Assembly: GCA_001600695.1 (NCBI GenBank)
Contig: BCKQ01000016.1
Location: 174,715 to 238,714, forward strand
DNA length: 64,000 bases
Reading direction: 5' to 3'
Source: Ascoidea asiatica JCM 7603
Taxonomy: Eukaryota; Fungi; Ascomycota
The notes below the pieces were generated by a model. That model worked only from the letters and a program-made list of their open reading frames with translations. It did no database searches and had not been told where the DNA came from. Shown one piece after another: positions 37,401-51,239 of this stretch; position 1 is the stretch's first letter; the number at the start of each line of letters is the position of its first letter. The position numbers were made by a program, and so were the translations under genes.

Positions 37401-37772
37401 TTAGAGTACACTATTGTACCACCATTGACAGAAATTATAAAAGATTCCAAAGGTGATAAAAATGGAGAGTTATATAGTGAATCAATTGTTGAACTTTGGG
37501 ATTGGATTGAAGATAGAAATAAAGGTTTTCAAATTCAAAAAGAGAATGAAAGTGAAAATGATGCTGATATGAAAATTAATAGTAGTAATCTTACTAAAAA
37601 GTTGAATATTGACCTTATCAATGAACTGGATCAGAAATTGCTTGAAGAAAATCGTGCCAAAAAGAAAAAAAATAAAATTCTAAAGAAATATAAGAAGCAG
37701 GAAATTGAAGAGTATATTAGGCTTTCGGAAGAAAGAATGACTCAAATTCGAAAAGAATTAAACAGCTTTTAG
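34473..37772 (+). CDS. YSP2: LAM/Ltc ER contact-site sterol transfer protein (GRAM + single VASt/StARkin + TM + coiled coil), Ysp2/Lam4-like
   Basis: GRAM YASEKRNNEFH...QGKMYIS...FPNGL..TLHARYIFASF; VASt YTKPLFGAIGPKQT...PDVPNG...WTGKSWIKGPIEKG; hydrophobic segment near the C-terminus. The subfamily is less certain than the family. Confidence 0.85.
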   Translation: MVKDKLETGGRSTLLQHFDFFNINKAKENQIEDEAQELLSNDDEQILNMNNNTAGNLGNDQLSNENNSQLLDTSKIQFNALKKSNVSTFGNGNLTLESLENNFDTMNSSNSMNTNLSNIANDSNMTNISNNSNLSLSNQNNFNNKSNRPSNLNNLNNYDTNDNSIYTNIGSRNVSIKNFNNINTNTNPNITNSSINNNFTSNILADGVSNGNNNNNNINNNYNNTSGLLSPMDPNNVNNNNNNLSKGSNRLNSHSISVANVPQNLQLNNNNINYINQNQLHNRISSPPRMQNSQSNQLNINSIIDSNTIPQQQSDYNDNLNQSQNQNQNPNDILPQNLFSNKFDTDVYINNYEKVSRNQNQSHDLNISQNLNPNDIQDDILSPNKVKLVSPSISKVGSIRDKDRTKSKSRRTFSLTSKDGRTTSTALDEVLNNNLQSNKIDDNFKLKNVTYASEKRNNEFHQIFKKLPPNERLLEDYVGALSKEILIQGKMYISERHISFNSNLFGFVTNLSIPFSEILQIEKKSTAVLFPNGLVITTLHARYIFASFLQRDSTFEFITSVWRQLIKKGPNANDEENEYNGNGDITQDNDAEASDAGYESDFGDGLDDDDDYDDDDDDDDDEDNGNMDEEDNYSLSQEGESKPKTKKKMSMSGNNKESDSSSFNGLPLVGPLTHPPTENGWVKGPSETEVGRSTFDAPVGVVYNILFGDDTSYFKKILEVQKNFDISEIPIMVKNPETGLMERKYNYTKPLFGAIGPKQTRCNIHETIEKFDPENFILALQSTQSPDVPNGNVFLVKTKFFLSWAPGNKTNMLVVTYIEWTGKSWIKGPIEKGTIDGQTESTGTLVKEINSIISNAISNSGSGAGGETRKRKTKRGKSKSGKNDANVNVSINTPAPVPEPVKTSPFMQIFNGIKELSEIIQLPFIPSFLNLPIFFIISFYLIFKIFKIQFRFRVSSNSLVNLSEINKVSIFQMSNGLEYTIVPPLTEIIKDSKGDKNGELYSESIVELWDWIEDRNKGFQIQKENESENDADMKINSSNLTKKLNIDLINELDQKLLEENRAKKKKNKILKKYKKQEIEEYIRLSEERMTQIRKELNSF

Positions 37773-38070
37773 ACAGTTTTTCTTTTTTTTTTTTATTTCG
37801 GCTTTCGTTCTAGAATTTATAATCCTTATTTTGATATATTTTTCAATTTATACATATTTTCTTACTAGATTAGTACATTTAAGGTCATTAATATTTCCTG
37901 CTAATAAATTTTGATCAAGGAGAATGAATGAGATTGCAGTGAATGTCTCGCATACTGTCAATCGGTTTATTTAGAAAGGTATCTAAAAGTTTAGTGTTTT
38001 AAAAACTATCTCATAAATTAAAAAAAATATAAAAATTGTGAGGGACATAAAAAAGATAAAAAGTAATTGT

Positions 38071-40854
<2,784 letters not shown>

Positions 40855-41274
40855 TTATAATAAAATATTTTAATATTTCGATTTATAATATGTCAAATAT
40901 TGAAATATTTATATTTGTAAATTATAATTTATAAATTATAACTCAATAAAAGTGAAAAGAAAATAAAAAAAAAAAGAACCCAGTGATGAATGAATAAATA
41001 AAATAAACTATTAGTCAAAAGCCAAAGAATAATAAAGCTTTAATCTTCAATAAGTCCAGCAACTGGTTTCAATGTTTCAATGTATTTGTATGAACCTTAA
41101 TAATCAGAAACTGAAATAACATTAACTTCAATTATCCAACTGAAAAAAAAAAAAGAAACCGAGTCAAAATTATTCAATTTTCTGGACATTTTTTTTTTTT
41201 TATTTTTTTTCAGTTCTTTTTTCAATATTTCAATTATTTCACTTCGCTGCTGCGATGCTAAGACCTGGAAAAAT

Positions 41275-41281
41275 TGAGTCA
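41275..41281 (-). promoter_or_regulatory. Gcn4 site TGACTCA upstream of ARG5,6
   Basis: Perfect TGAGTCA on the plus strand, with a second TGACTC at 41161-41166. ARG genes are classic Gcn4 targets. Confidence 0.7.
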
Positions 41282-41713
41282 CTCGAAACAGCCAATCACA
41301 GCGCAGACAGCAACAAGCGTGGAAAGAAAAAGGATTTAGAAATTCCGAGTACAGCCGAGGCATGGATAGGATATTTAAACTGAAAACATAAACCAGGCAA
41401 GGAAAATAAAATCCATATTTATATCCGTATTTACGGATGCGGATTTACAAGGATAATATTTGGAGACCAGATTAATGGATGTTTTCAGTGATTAATCCAA
41501 CATCCATAGTCCCTCTCTTTCTCAATTACCTTCTTGACACCAAATTCAATTTATTTCATCGAATTTAACTTCATCAATTTAAGCTTCCGAATCAATAAAG
41601 GTTCACAGTTTTAGTGTTGATAAATCTAAATATGCTGTAGATAGATGATGAGATGTGAACTAATTTTTTGTTTATTTCATTTGAATATTAAATTGTATAG
41701 TTAAATAAAAAGA

Positions 41714-43588
41714 ATGGCATTTGCTGAAAGAGTTCAAAGATTAATTAAGAAATTAGGACTTGTTCCTAAAGTTATTGAAAAATTACCTTTGATATCTTTC
41801 TTATTAGTTCTTATTGGTATATCTTGGATCTTTTATTTACCAATTAAAGGTAATTATAGAAATACTTATATATCTGAAAATGCTTTAATGCCTTCACAAG
41901 CTTATAGTTATTTCAGAGAAAGTGAATGGAATTATGAACGTGGTTATAGAGATGAATTACATAAATTACAAAATATTACTAATATTTATGAAAGAAATAA
42001 AATTGTAAATGAATGGTTTAAAACTATTGGTTTAACAACTTCATTTCATGATTTTAATTATAATGATTTCAATAAAACTAAAGGTAATAATCTTTATGCT
42101 TTATTACATGCTCCAAGAGGTGAAGAAACTGAAGCAATGGTTTTAGTTGCTTCTTGGAAAACTCAAGAAGGTGAATTTAATGAAGGTGCTTTATCTTTAC
42201 TTTTCTCTTTAGCAAGATATTTTTCAAAATGGAGTATATGGTCAAAAAATATTATATTTGTAATATCTGAAGATACTCATTATTCTTTAAGAACTTGGGT
42301 TAATGATTATCATAATAATTTAGTTTTAACTGGTGGTTCAATAGAATCTGCAATTATTATTGAATACACTGGTACTCATGATTATTTTGATTATATTCAA
42401 ATATTTTATAATGGTTTAAATGGCCAATTACCAAATTTAGATCTTTTAAATACGGCAATTTCAATTTCTGAACATGAAGGTATGAATGTTTCTTTACAAA
42501 AACAATCAATTAATAATATTAATAATACTTATATTTCAAGAATAAGAATTTTATTAATTTCAATAAAAGAAATGATAATTTCTGGTTTAAAAACTTCTAA
42601 TGGTTGTGAAGCTTTTAGTGGTTATAGAATTCAAGCAATAACTTTAAAAGCAAAAGGTATCGGAGGTAAATTTGATATAACTACTTTTGGTAGAGTACCT
42701 GAAGCTTTATTTAGATCAATTAACAATTTATTAGAAAAATTCCATCAATCTTTTTTCTTTTATTTAATGTTATCTCCAAAAAATTTTGTTTCAATTGGTA
42801 CTTATTTACCTTCTGCAATTTTAATTACAATCTCTTTTGGAATTTCTTCATTATCAATAATTTTAAATTCTAAAATTAATACTAAAGTTTTAATTAATTC
42901 TTTAAATAAATCTTTGATTATTTTTACTTTAATTTTAATTTTTTCAATGATTTTTGGCATAACATTAATTCAATTTAAAAATATTAAATATTTATCAAAA
43001 ACTATTTTGAATATTTTATTACTTTTAACGTTATTTTTTTCAACTTTTTCATTATTTTTATCGTCATCATTATCATTATCCTCCTCCTCCTCATCATCAT
43101 CATTATTTTTATTATCAAAAAAATTTTATTTAAAAAAATCAGTTGTAACAACTCTTCATTCCTTAAGTTTATTATATTCAAGTTTAATAATAACCTCGAT
43201 TTTAGTTGTTCATTTTTCATTTGCAATTTTATTAGGAATTTGTTTATTACCATTAACATTTATACGACCATTAGATATGATTTCAAAAAATAAAAAAAAT
43301 AAAAAACTTGTTGATAAATTTAAATTAAAATCTACAATCAATTCAATTTCTTTGATTCTTTTATCTCCATGGACCATAATCTTTATTTTTGGATTATTAG
43401 ATAATGAATTTGAATCCCCTTATAAATTAATGGAAGGTTTATTAACATCTTGGAATGAATTCGGTGTTTGGACATGGTTTATAATATGTTTTGCATGGTT
43501 ACCAGTTTGGTTAATTGGTTGTATAATTGGGGGAATAGAAACAATTGATGATAATGATAATTTACTACAAGTTAAAAAAAATATATAA
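41714..43588 (+). CDS. GAA1: GPI transamidase subunit Gaa1
   Basis: RNTYISENALMPSQAYSYFRESEWN, APRGEETEAMVL, GLNGQLPNLDL, SINNLLEKFHQSFFFY, multiple C-terminal TMs. Confidence 0.97.
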   Translation: MAFAERVQRLIKKLGLVPKVIEKLPLISFLLVLIGISWIFYLPIKGNYRNTYISENALMPSQAYSYFRESEWNYERGYRDELHKLQNITNIYERNKIVNEWFKTIGLTTSFHDFNYNDFNKTKGNNLYALLHAPRGEETEAMVLVASWKTQEGEFNEGALSLLFSLARYFSKWSIWSKNIIFVISEDTHYSLRTWVNDYHNNLVLTGGSIESAIIIEYTGTHDYFDYIQIFYNGLNGQLPNLDLLNTAISISEHEGMNVSLQKQSINNINNTYISRIRILLISIKEMIISGLKTSNGCEAFSGYRIQAITLKAKGIGGKFDITTFGRVPEALFRSINNLLEKFHQSFFFYLMLSPKNFVSIGTYLPSAILITISFGISSLSIILNSKINTKVLINSLNKSLIIFTLILIFSMIFGITLIQFKNIKYLSKTILNILLLLTLFFSTFSLFLSSSLSLSSSSSSSSLFLLSKKFYLKKSVVTTLHSLSLLYSSLIITSILVVHFSFAILLGICLLPLTFIRPLDMISKNKKNKKLVDKFKLKSTINSISLILLSPWTIIFIFGLLDNEFESPYKLMEGLLTSWNEFGVWTWFIICFAWLPVWLIGCIIGGIETIDDNDNLLQVKKNI

Positions 43589-43681
43589 AAAAGGATAAAA
43601 AAAAATTGAAATTGAATATATTATATAAAATTAAATAAGAACATTTTTTACTTAGTTTATTTATTCATTTATTTAATTTGC

Positions 43682-44629
43682 TTATAACTTTTTGAAAATA
43701 GCTTCATTAGATAATGGATCAGCAGTAATAACATTATCTCTTTTCTTAATTCTAGATTTTAAAGTAGCATCAGACCTTGCTTTTGCCATTTCAGCTTCTT
43801 GTTGTTTTAATTGAGATCTTGCTAAATTTGGACTAACATATTCTTTATTTTCATAAATTTTTTTACCACTAAATGAACCATCCAAAATAATTATTAAATT
43901 CATTACTAATCTTGGACCAATTTCAATTAAAGATAAGTTATCAATTTTTAAATCACCTAATTCATTTACATTATCATTAATTCTATCTTTTTTATTATTA
44001 GTAGTATTAGTATTGATATCATCATCTTCATCTTCATCACCAGTTTTAACGGATTCAGTAATTTGATAATTTCTAATCCAAATTTTATTATCTATTATTG
44101 AAAATGTCATAACATGATCGATAAATGGTTTTCTTTTTTTACTATTTAATGGTACACCAAAGGTTTGAATAAACATTTCTTTTAATAAATTATAATGAAA
44201 TTTAGTTGGATCATTGAATTTTTTATCAAATGATAATATTGGTCTTGAACCCTTTAAGCAATTACCTTTAAAATTAAGTTCTTCTAAAGTATTTAAATTT
44301 TGTAAATGAAATTTAGCTGTTGGACCATTAGGACATTTTGTTAACCAAAGGTATAAATCTTTATGTTTTCTAGCTTCAAAATATAAAATATTATTACAGT
44401 TATATAACTCAGCTAATTCATTTATCTCATCTAGTCTCTTTTTATTATCAATTTTATTCTCTTTTCTTGAATGTGGCAAAAGAGAGTGTAAATCATTAAC
44501 TATATGACGATGTCTGGCAGTTATACCTCTGGAAGTAACTACCAATACTTTCTGCTTATTTATTGTATGAATTTTTACAGGCTTTGAATCTGTTGATTTC
44601 TCAGATAAAGCTTTGAATATTGCTGACAT
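43682..44629 (-). CDS. BRX1: Brix-domain 60S biogenesis protein
   Basis: MSAIFKAL, SRGITARHRH, PNGPTAKFH, GNCLKGSRPILSFD, LIEIGPRLVM. Confidence 0.97.
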   Translation of the reverse strand: MSAIFKALSEKSTDSKPVKIHTINKQKVLVVTSRGITARHRHIVNDLHSLLPHSRKENKIDNKKRLDEINELAELYNCNNILYFEARKHKDLYLWLTKCPNGPTAKFHLQNLNTLEELNFKGNCLKGSRPILSFDKKFNDPTKFHYNLLKEMFIQTFGVPLNSKKRKPFIDHVMTFSIIDNKIWIRNYQITESVKTGDEDEDDDINTNTTNNKKDRINDNVNELGDLKIDNLSLIEIGPRLVMNLIIILDGSFSGKKIYENKEYVSPNLARSQLKQQEAEMAKARSDATLKSRIKKRDNVITADPLSNEAIFKKL

Positions 44630-44874
44630 TTCTGTAGTATCTTGAAAGCCTTCTACACGTAGATGTTTTTGGTATCTCTGAAATTATAATTTATAATATT
44701 TGAAATTTAATTTACTTTGGTATATTTTTTGGCCTATTTTTTTCAATAAAAATTTCAAAAAGAAAAAAAAAATTAAAATTTCCAGTTTCCAGTCCAAATA
44801 CGGATATTTAATTTCGACTTAAACTTCCGGTAATTATTTCCTATTTCAATAAACAAATCTTGTGTCTATCTGTA

Positions 44875-44923
44875 ACGCGAAAAAACAAAATAAATAAAAT
44901 AAATAAACATGTGAAACACGAAA
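44875..44923 (+). promoter_or_regulatory. G1/S elements upstream of SMC3: ACGCGAAA (44875) and CACGAAA (44917)
   Basis: Match MCB/SCB consensus; cohesin genes are G1/S-regulated. Confidence 0.55.
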
Positions 44924-45130
44924 ATGCAACTGGCATTAAAAATGACTGAAAGCGATTGAACAATCAGAAACAGTGAAAGAATATGGATAAATATTGAATT
45001 GGTAAATACAGTATATTGGTAATTAAATTGGTAAATAAAGTGTAGTTTAATTGAGATTTAATAAAAAATATCAATGGAAATTATATATTATACTATTGCA
45101 TGCTGACAACTGAATACGGTTTATTTTGAA

Positions 45131-48100
45131 ATGCATATTAATAAAGTATGTCACTTGGTTCCTCTTTAGTCAATTGAAAATATCTTACTAACTGTTTGTT
45201 GATCTTAGATTGTAATTCAAGGTTTTAAAACTTATAAGAATGCAACAATAATTGATGCTTTTTCTCCTCATCATAATGTAGTTGTTGGTAGGAATGGTTC
45301 AGGGAAATCTAATTTCTTTGCTGCAATTAGATTTGTTTTATCTGATGCTTATACTCAAATGACAAGAGAAGAAAGACAAGGTTTGATTCATGAAGGTTCA
45401 GGAACTGTAATGTCTGCATATGTTGAAATTTACTTTGATAATTCTGATAAAAGATTTCCTATTGATAAAGATGAAGTGGTGATTAGAAGAACAATCGGGT
45501 TAAAGAAAGATGATTATTCTTTAGATCATAAATCTTCTCAAAGATCTGAAATTATGAATATTCTCGAAACTGCAGGTTTTTCAAGATCAAATCCATATTA
45601 TATTGTACCACAAGGTAAGATTACAGCTTTAACTAATTCCAAATCAACTGAAATTTTTCAACTATTGAAAGAAGTTGCAGGTGCAAAAGTTTTTGAAAGA
45701 CGTTTAAAACAATCTTTAAAGGAAATGAATTTAACTAATAAAGAAAGAAATAAAATAGATGAACAATTATCTTTTATGAATGAAAGATTATCTGATTTAG
45801 ATGCTGAAAAAGATGAATTAAAACGTTTTCAAGCTTCGGAAAATATTAAAAAATGTTGTGAATATTCTTTATATCAAAGAGAATTATCAAGTATAATTTA
45901 TAATATAGAATCAATTGATGAAAATTATAATAATCAATTAGATGGTTCCAATAAATTCGTTGAAGAATTAGAAAAAAGAAATGAAATAATTCCTCAATTA
46001 GAAGAAACAATCTCAGCTTTAAATTCTTCAATTTCAATTCTTACTATAGATAAAGAACAATCTGAATTTGAATTAAATTCAATTTTAAATCAAATTGCAA
46101 AATATAAAGCTCAAATTGATGAGCTTAAAAATTTCTCAATAAATTCAATGAATCAAAATGAATCTGATAAAAAAATTTTAAAATTTTTAAATAAAAAAAT
46201 CACTCAAAATATCAATAAATTAAATGAATTAAAACCAAATTTTGAAAAAATTTCAAATGATGAAAAAAAATTAAAAATTAATTTTCAGAAATTACAATCA
46301 AGAGAAAGATCTTTGTATTCAAAACAAACAAGATTTTCTAAATTTAATTCAAAAAAGGAAAGAGATCATTGGCTTAGAAATAAAATTTCTGATATTAATG
46401 ATCAAATAAATTTAAAAAATGATAAATTAAAGTCTCTAAAACATAATCTATCTAGACAGAAGCAAAATTTAGAATCTATAAATGAAAATATTCAACAATT
46501 AGAACATTCTTTAAATTCAGAAGATTCTCATTCAAAAATAAAAAATGCTTATAATGCTATAAATGAAGCTAAAGAGATGTATTCAGAATTAATGGATTCT
46601 AGAAAAGCTCTTTGGAGAGATGAAGCACGTCAAAAAGCTATTGTTGATACTTCTTCTGAAGAACTTTCCAAAGCTGAACGTTCAATAGCAGAAACTATGG
46701 ATAGATCTCAGTCCTCAGGTCTTTCCGCTGTTAAAAGAATTGTCTCAAGGTTAGGACTTCAAGGAGTTTTTGGTCCATTAGGTGAATTAATCGAAGTTAA
46801 TGATAAATATAAAACCGCTGTTGAAGTCATTGCAGGAAATTCATTATTCCATGTTGTTGTTGATAATGATAGAACTGCTTCAACTGTTATGGAAGAACTT
46901 GTTAGATCTAGATCTGGAAGAGTTACATTTATGCCTTTAAATCGTATAAAACCAGGTAATGTGACGTATCCTGAAACTAATGATTGTGTTCCTTTAATTA
47001 AAAAAATAGCTTATAGTCCTCAGTTTTCTACTGCCGTTCAACAAGTTTTTGGTAAGAGTGTTGTAGCAATCTCTTTAGAGAGAGGTTCTGAAATTGCTAG
47101 AGAATACAAATTAACTTCTATTACTTTAGATGGTGACAGAGCTGATAGAAAAGGTGTTTTAACTGGTGGTTATAGAGATCAAAAAAGATCAAGAGTTGAC
47201 GCATTAAGTGCTCAGCGTCGTAGAAAGGCCGAAAATGAAGAAGCAAGAAAAAAACTTTATTCGATAAATAAAGAGATTGAAGAAATTGATAGACAAATTA
47301 CTGAATCGTCTTCAAATTTAACTGAAAAATCTACAAGATATGAAAAACTCAATGCTGGAAGAGAACTTCTGAAAGTTAAATTAATGAACCTAAAAAATAA
47401 TGAAAAAACTATTTCTCAGGAAATAACTACATTAAATAGTTTGATTGAAAATCTAGAACTTTCTTTAAATCAAACTTTATCATTAAAGGAAGATTATAAT
47501 TCAGAATTAAATAATCCCTTCAAGCAATCATTGGAGAATGAAGAAATCAAAGAACTTAAAAGCTTACGTTCTGAGATTCCTATTGCTGAGGAAGAATTAA
47601 ATAATATCACTGAAAAATTAGCAACAATAGAGTCTGAAGTTTCTTCATTGGAGGCTGAATTAAATGAAAACTTATATCCAAGACGAGATTCTTTGAACTC
47701 TAAAGTTTCTACTTCAAAGAATGATCCAAATAAGAATTTCGATAAGGAACTCGGTGATGCTGAAAATAAACTTCATTCTTTGGAGAATCAAAGTGAAAAA
47801 ATATCGAAAAAAATTCAAAAACTCACAGAAGAATTAAAAAGCTCTAAGAATGATTTAACAGAAAATGAAACTCTTTTAGTAAAGGCAAACGAGTCTCAAA
47901 AGTTAGTATTAAAAAGGCTTGAAAAATTCAAAAGAATGTCAGAGAAAAATATTTCAAAAAAATCTGTTCTTATTAAACGTCGAGATGATATGCAAAAAAA
48001 AGTACGAGAATTAGGGGTATTACCAGAAGCTGCATTTTCCAAAAAATATTCTGAAATGAGCAGTGATGATCTTTTGAAGAGATTGAATAAAGCTACCAAA

Positions 48101-48850
48101 GAGCTAAGCAAGTATAGTCATATTAACAAAAAGGCATTAGCACAGTATTCTAATTTTACTAAACAAAGAGATAGTCTTGTTGAAAGACGAAAAGAATCAG
48201 ATGAATCAAAGGAATCAATTGAAAAATTAATAAAAGAATTGGAAGAAAGAAAAGATGATGCTATAACTCGAACCTTCAAACAAGTTTCACAAGGGTTTTC
48301 AGAGGTTTTTGAAAAGTTAGTACCCAATGGTGTTGGAAGATTAATAATGCAAAAAAGAGCTAATACTGAAAATGATGAAAACACTGGAAATGATGAAATT
48401 ACTGAAACCAATGAAAATGAGGAAATAGTTGAAGAAGAAGATAATAGTAATAATGATAAAAGTAAGAATAGTATTGATAATTATATTGGGGTTTCCATAT
48501 CTGTTTCATTTAATTCCAAATCAGATGAACAACAAAGAATCGAACAATTATCGGGAGGACAGAAATCGTTATGTGCAATTGCATTAATTTTAGCTATACA
48601 AAAATGTGATCCTGCACCATTTTATTTATTTGATGAAATTGATGCAAATTTAGATGCACAATATAGAACAGCAGTTGCAGCATTAATCAAAGAATTATCC
48701 AAAAATGCTCAGTTTATTTGTACAACTTTTAGATCAGAGATGTTACAAGTAGCAGATAAATTTTATGGAGTTATGTTTAATAATAAGATATCTAATGTAG
48801 TTGAGATTAATAGGGATGATGCAATGTCATTTGTTGAAGGTCAACAATGA
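45131..48850 (+). CDS. SMC3: Cohesin subunit Smc3; join(45131..45145,45209..48850), 1218 aa
   Basis: The spliced N-terminus MHINK|IVIQGFKTY...VVVGRNGSGKSNFF restores the Walker A motif missing from the ORF track. Hinge, LSGGQK and FYLFDEID are present. Confidence 0.96.
45146..45208 (+). other. Spliceosomal intron of SMC3 (63 nt)
   Basis: GTATGT donor, TACTAAC branch (45186-45192), TAG acceptor; removal gives the conserved N-terminus. Confidence 0.95.
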
Positions 48851-48977
48851 ATACTCAAAATTTTGAATCTAAAACTGAATGTGAATTTTCTATAAAGTTT
48901 TCAATGTATTGTAGTTTTCCATGTATTATATGTAATAAAATATGCTAAAGAATATTTTTGCTATAAAAAATTTAAAA

Positions 48978-49727
48978 TTATAGTCTTGTAAAATTTGAAT
49001 AATATTCTTGCTCGGTTAAAGGTTGAAGAGGATTTTCAAGAAGTTGAATTAATTTAGTTTGATCTAAATCTTTGATTAAAACATGAATATGAGATAGTTG
49101 TTGAATGCTTTGTAAAGCAGACCAATTTCTAAACCAAAGAATATTTTCTTTTGGTATATTGTAGTTTTTGATGAAATTTTTAAAAATAAATGAGTTTATT
49201 ATTTTTCTTGAATTTAAAGATAAATCACCAATTTCACTTGATGGATCTGAGTATATTGGAAATTTTGACCAAATAAATAAATGCTTTATATCATTTGTGA
49301 AATTATATGGGAAATTATTTAAAGTTAATTTCAAATCTGGACTTGAATTTGTTAATAATAGACTTGAATCTGGCTTTATGTTTTTCAAAATATCATTTGA
49401 TGATATTTTTGGATTATTGAATTCTTCAATTGAAGCCCATTTTAATTCAGTACAAATTAATTTTTTTAAAGATGAGATATTTTTCGATTTGAGACTTTGT
49501 TTATACAATCTATATTCCTCTTCTTTAGCTAAAGACCTTTTCAAAAGTTGTAAATGATTAGATTTTAGCATTTCCCTAACTTGTTGCCAATTAATTGGTG
49601 TAGAGAAGCTGTTTAATTTTAGCATTAGTATCACTGTTTTGTTAAACTAGAATGCATATATTTTAGTTCAACATTACTTAAGATATTCAGTTCTGAAGTG
49701 ACTTTTTGATTTGACTGAATTATTCAT
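48978..49727 (-). CDS. DUF3605 / GIG1-like HIT-related protein; proposed join(49727..49678,49608..48978), alternative unspliced start ATG 49625
   Basis: Motifs NNFPYNF...HLFIWSK and WFRNWSALQSIQQLSHIHVL. The ORF-track start is a GTG; the 5' structure is uncertain. Confidence 0.75.
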
Positions 49728-50030
49728 GAAAGATGTGTTTTGAAGGTGAATAAAAGCTGCAAGTTAACCTTCTTAAACCTGTATTAACGGGAAATAGTTT
49801 AATTGTATCATCAAGTAAATAAAGACTCTGCATGTTGAAATTAGCGTGTAATCCCCGTTAACTCTAGACATAATTTCAAAAACTGAGAGTCGTTTACTCA
49901 GTAGTTCGTTCATATTAGAACGTTATTGAAGTGTTTCATTGGAGAAGAATTAAAACAAAGCTTGATGTCTCTAAAGTTATTGTTGTAATGATATTCAAAG
50001 TTATAAGGAAAGTAAAAAATATAGTATAAT

Positions 50031-51221
50031 ATGGAAGAGCAGAATGAATTGAAAGAATTAAAGTTGAAACAGAAAGCTTTTTTGACTTCATTGACTGAAA
50101 ATGAAAAGGATAGTTTAAAATTATATGATGAAGCAAGTCAAAAAGAAACTGTTGGAAAATTGTCTGATGCAATTCAATTATATAAACAGGCTACAAGAAA
50201 GACTTCCAATATCGATAAAATCTATAGAGAAAAGCATTCATATGAATTTAGAATTGAAAAATTAGCTGTAGTTTTAAGTGATCTAAGTATTTCTAATAAA
50301 AGAGATAAGAAAGATAACGATAAATTAAAAAAAAGTGATGAAAAAGAACCAGAACAAAAACTAGAGGACCATGAATATCATGAAGAAGAGGAGGAAGAGG
50401 AAAGTGAATTATTGAAATTTCCTGATGACATCTTACTTAATATTTTGTTAATTTTAATCAAACAGGATGATTGTCCTTCATGGTTTCAGTTTTCTTTTAC
50501 TTGTAAAAGATTAAATAGATTAGGATTTAATACTAATTTAATTTGGAAAGAATTTTGTAAATCGCAATATTCGAAAATGATCTATTATAAAGAGGATGAT
50601 GAAGATGCAAATGAAGAGAATTATGAAGACGAATATCTTTTAATGAAAAATTATAATAACTCTTGGAAAGAAATGTATTTTAAAAGAAAATTTATAAAAT
50701 TTAATGGGGTTTATATAAGTATTTGCACATATTTTAAAGAAGGTCAAAATAGTTTTTCATCTTCATGGACAAATCCAGTTCAATCGGTTACTTATTATAG
50801 ATATATAAGATTTTTTAAAGATGGTACATGTCAAAGATTATTAACAATTCATGAACCAAATTTAATTGTTAATAATTTCATTAGATTAAGTAATATTAAC
50901 TTAAAACCTAACAAAGAAATAGAAAATTCAAATGATTCAAATTTTCCTAATATTTATAATATCTTAACACCCGGTGAGAAAGTCTATGAAGGACTTTGGA
51001 GAATATCTTATAATGGAAATTTATTTATCGAAAGTGAAGGGCCATTATCAGGTTACCAATTTATTCAACATTTACAAATTAAAAATTCACCAAGCAGACA
51101 TCATAACAGATTAAGTTGGATTGAAAGTTTTTCAATGAATGAAGATGAGGAAAGAAGTTATTTTTCATTAAGAAATGAAAAATCTTTTAATTTCTCTAGA
51201 GTTAAAAGTTATATTTATTAG
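50031..51221 (+). CDS. HRT3: F-box protein, FBXO9/Hrt3 family
   Basis: N-terminal helical domain (GKLSDAIQLYKQA), F-box (LLKFPDDILLNIL...TCKRL), C-terminal IKFNGVYISICTY...VTYYRYIRFFKDG...FNFSRV. Confidence 0.9.
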   Translation: MEEQNELKELKLKQKAFLTSLTENEKDSLKLYDEASQKETVGKLSDAIQLYKQATRKTSNIDKIYREKHSYEFRIEKLAVVLSDLSISNKRDKKDNDKLKKSDEKEPEQKLEDHEYHEEEEEEESELLKFPDDILLNILLILIKQDDCPSWFQFSFTCKRLNRLGFNTNLIWKEFCKSQYSKMIYYKEDDEDANEENYEDEYLLMKNYNNSWKEMYFKRKFIKFNGVYISICTYFKEGQNSFSSSWTNPVQSVTYYRYIRFFKDGTCQRLLTIHEPNLIVNNFIRLSNINLKPNKEIENSNDSNFPNIYNILTPGEKVYEGLWRISYNGNLFIESEGPLSGYQFIQHLQIKNSPSRHHNRLSWIESFSMNEDEERSYFSLRNEKSFNFSRVKSYIY

Positions 51222-51239
51222 AATATAATTATATATATA

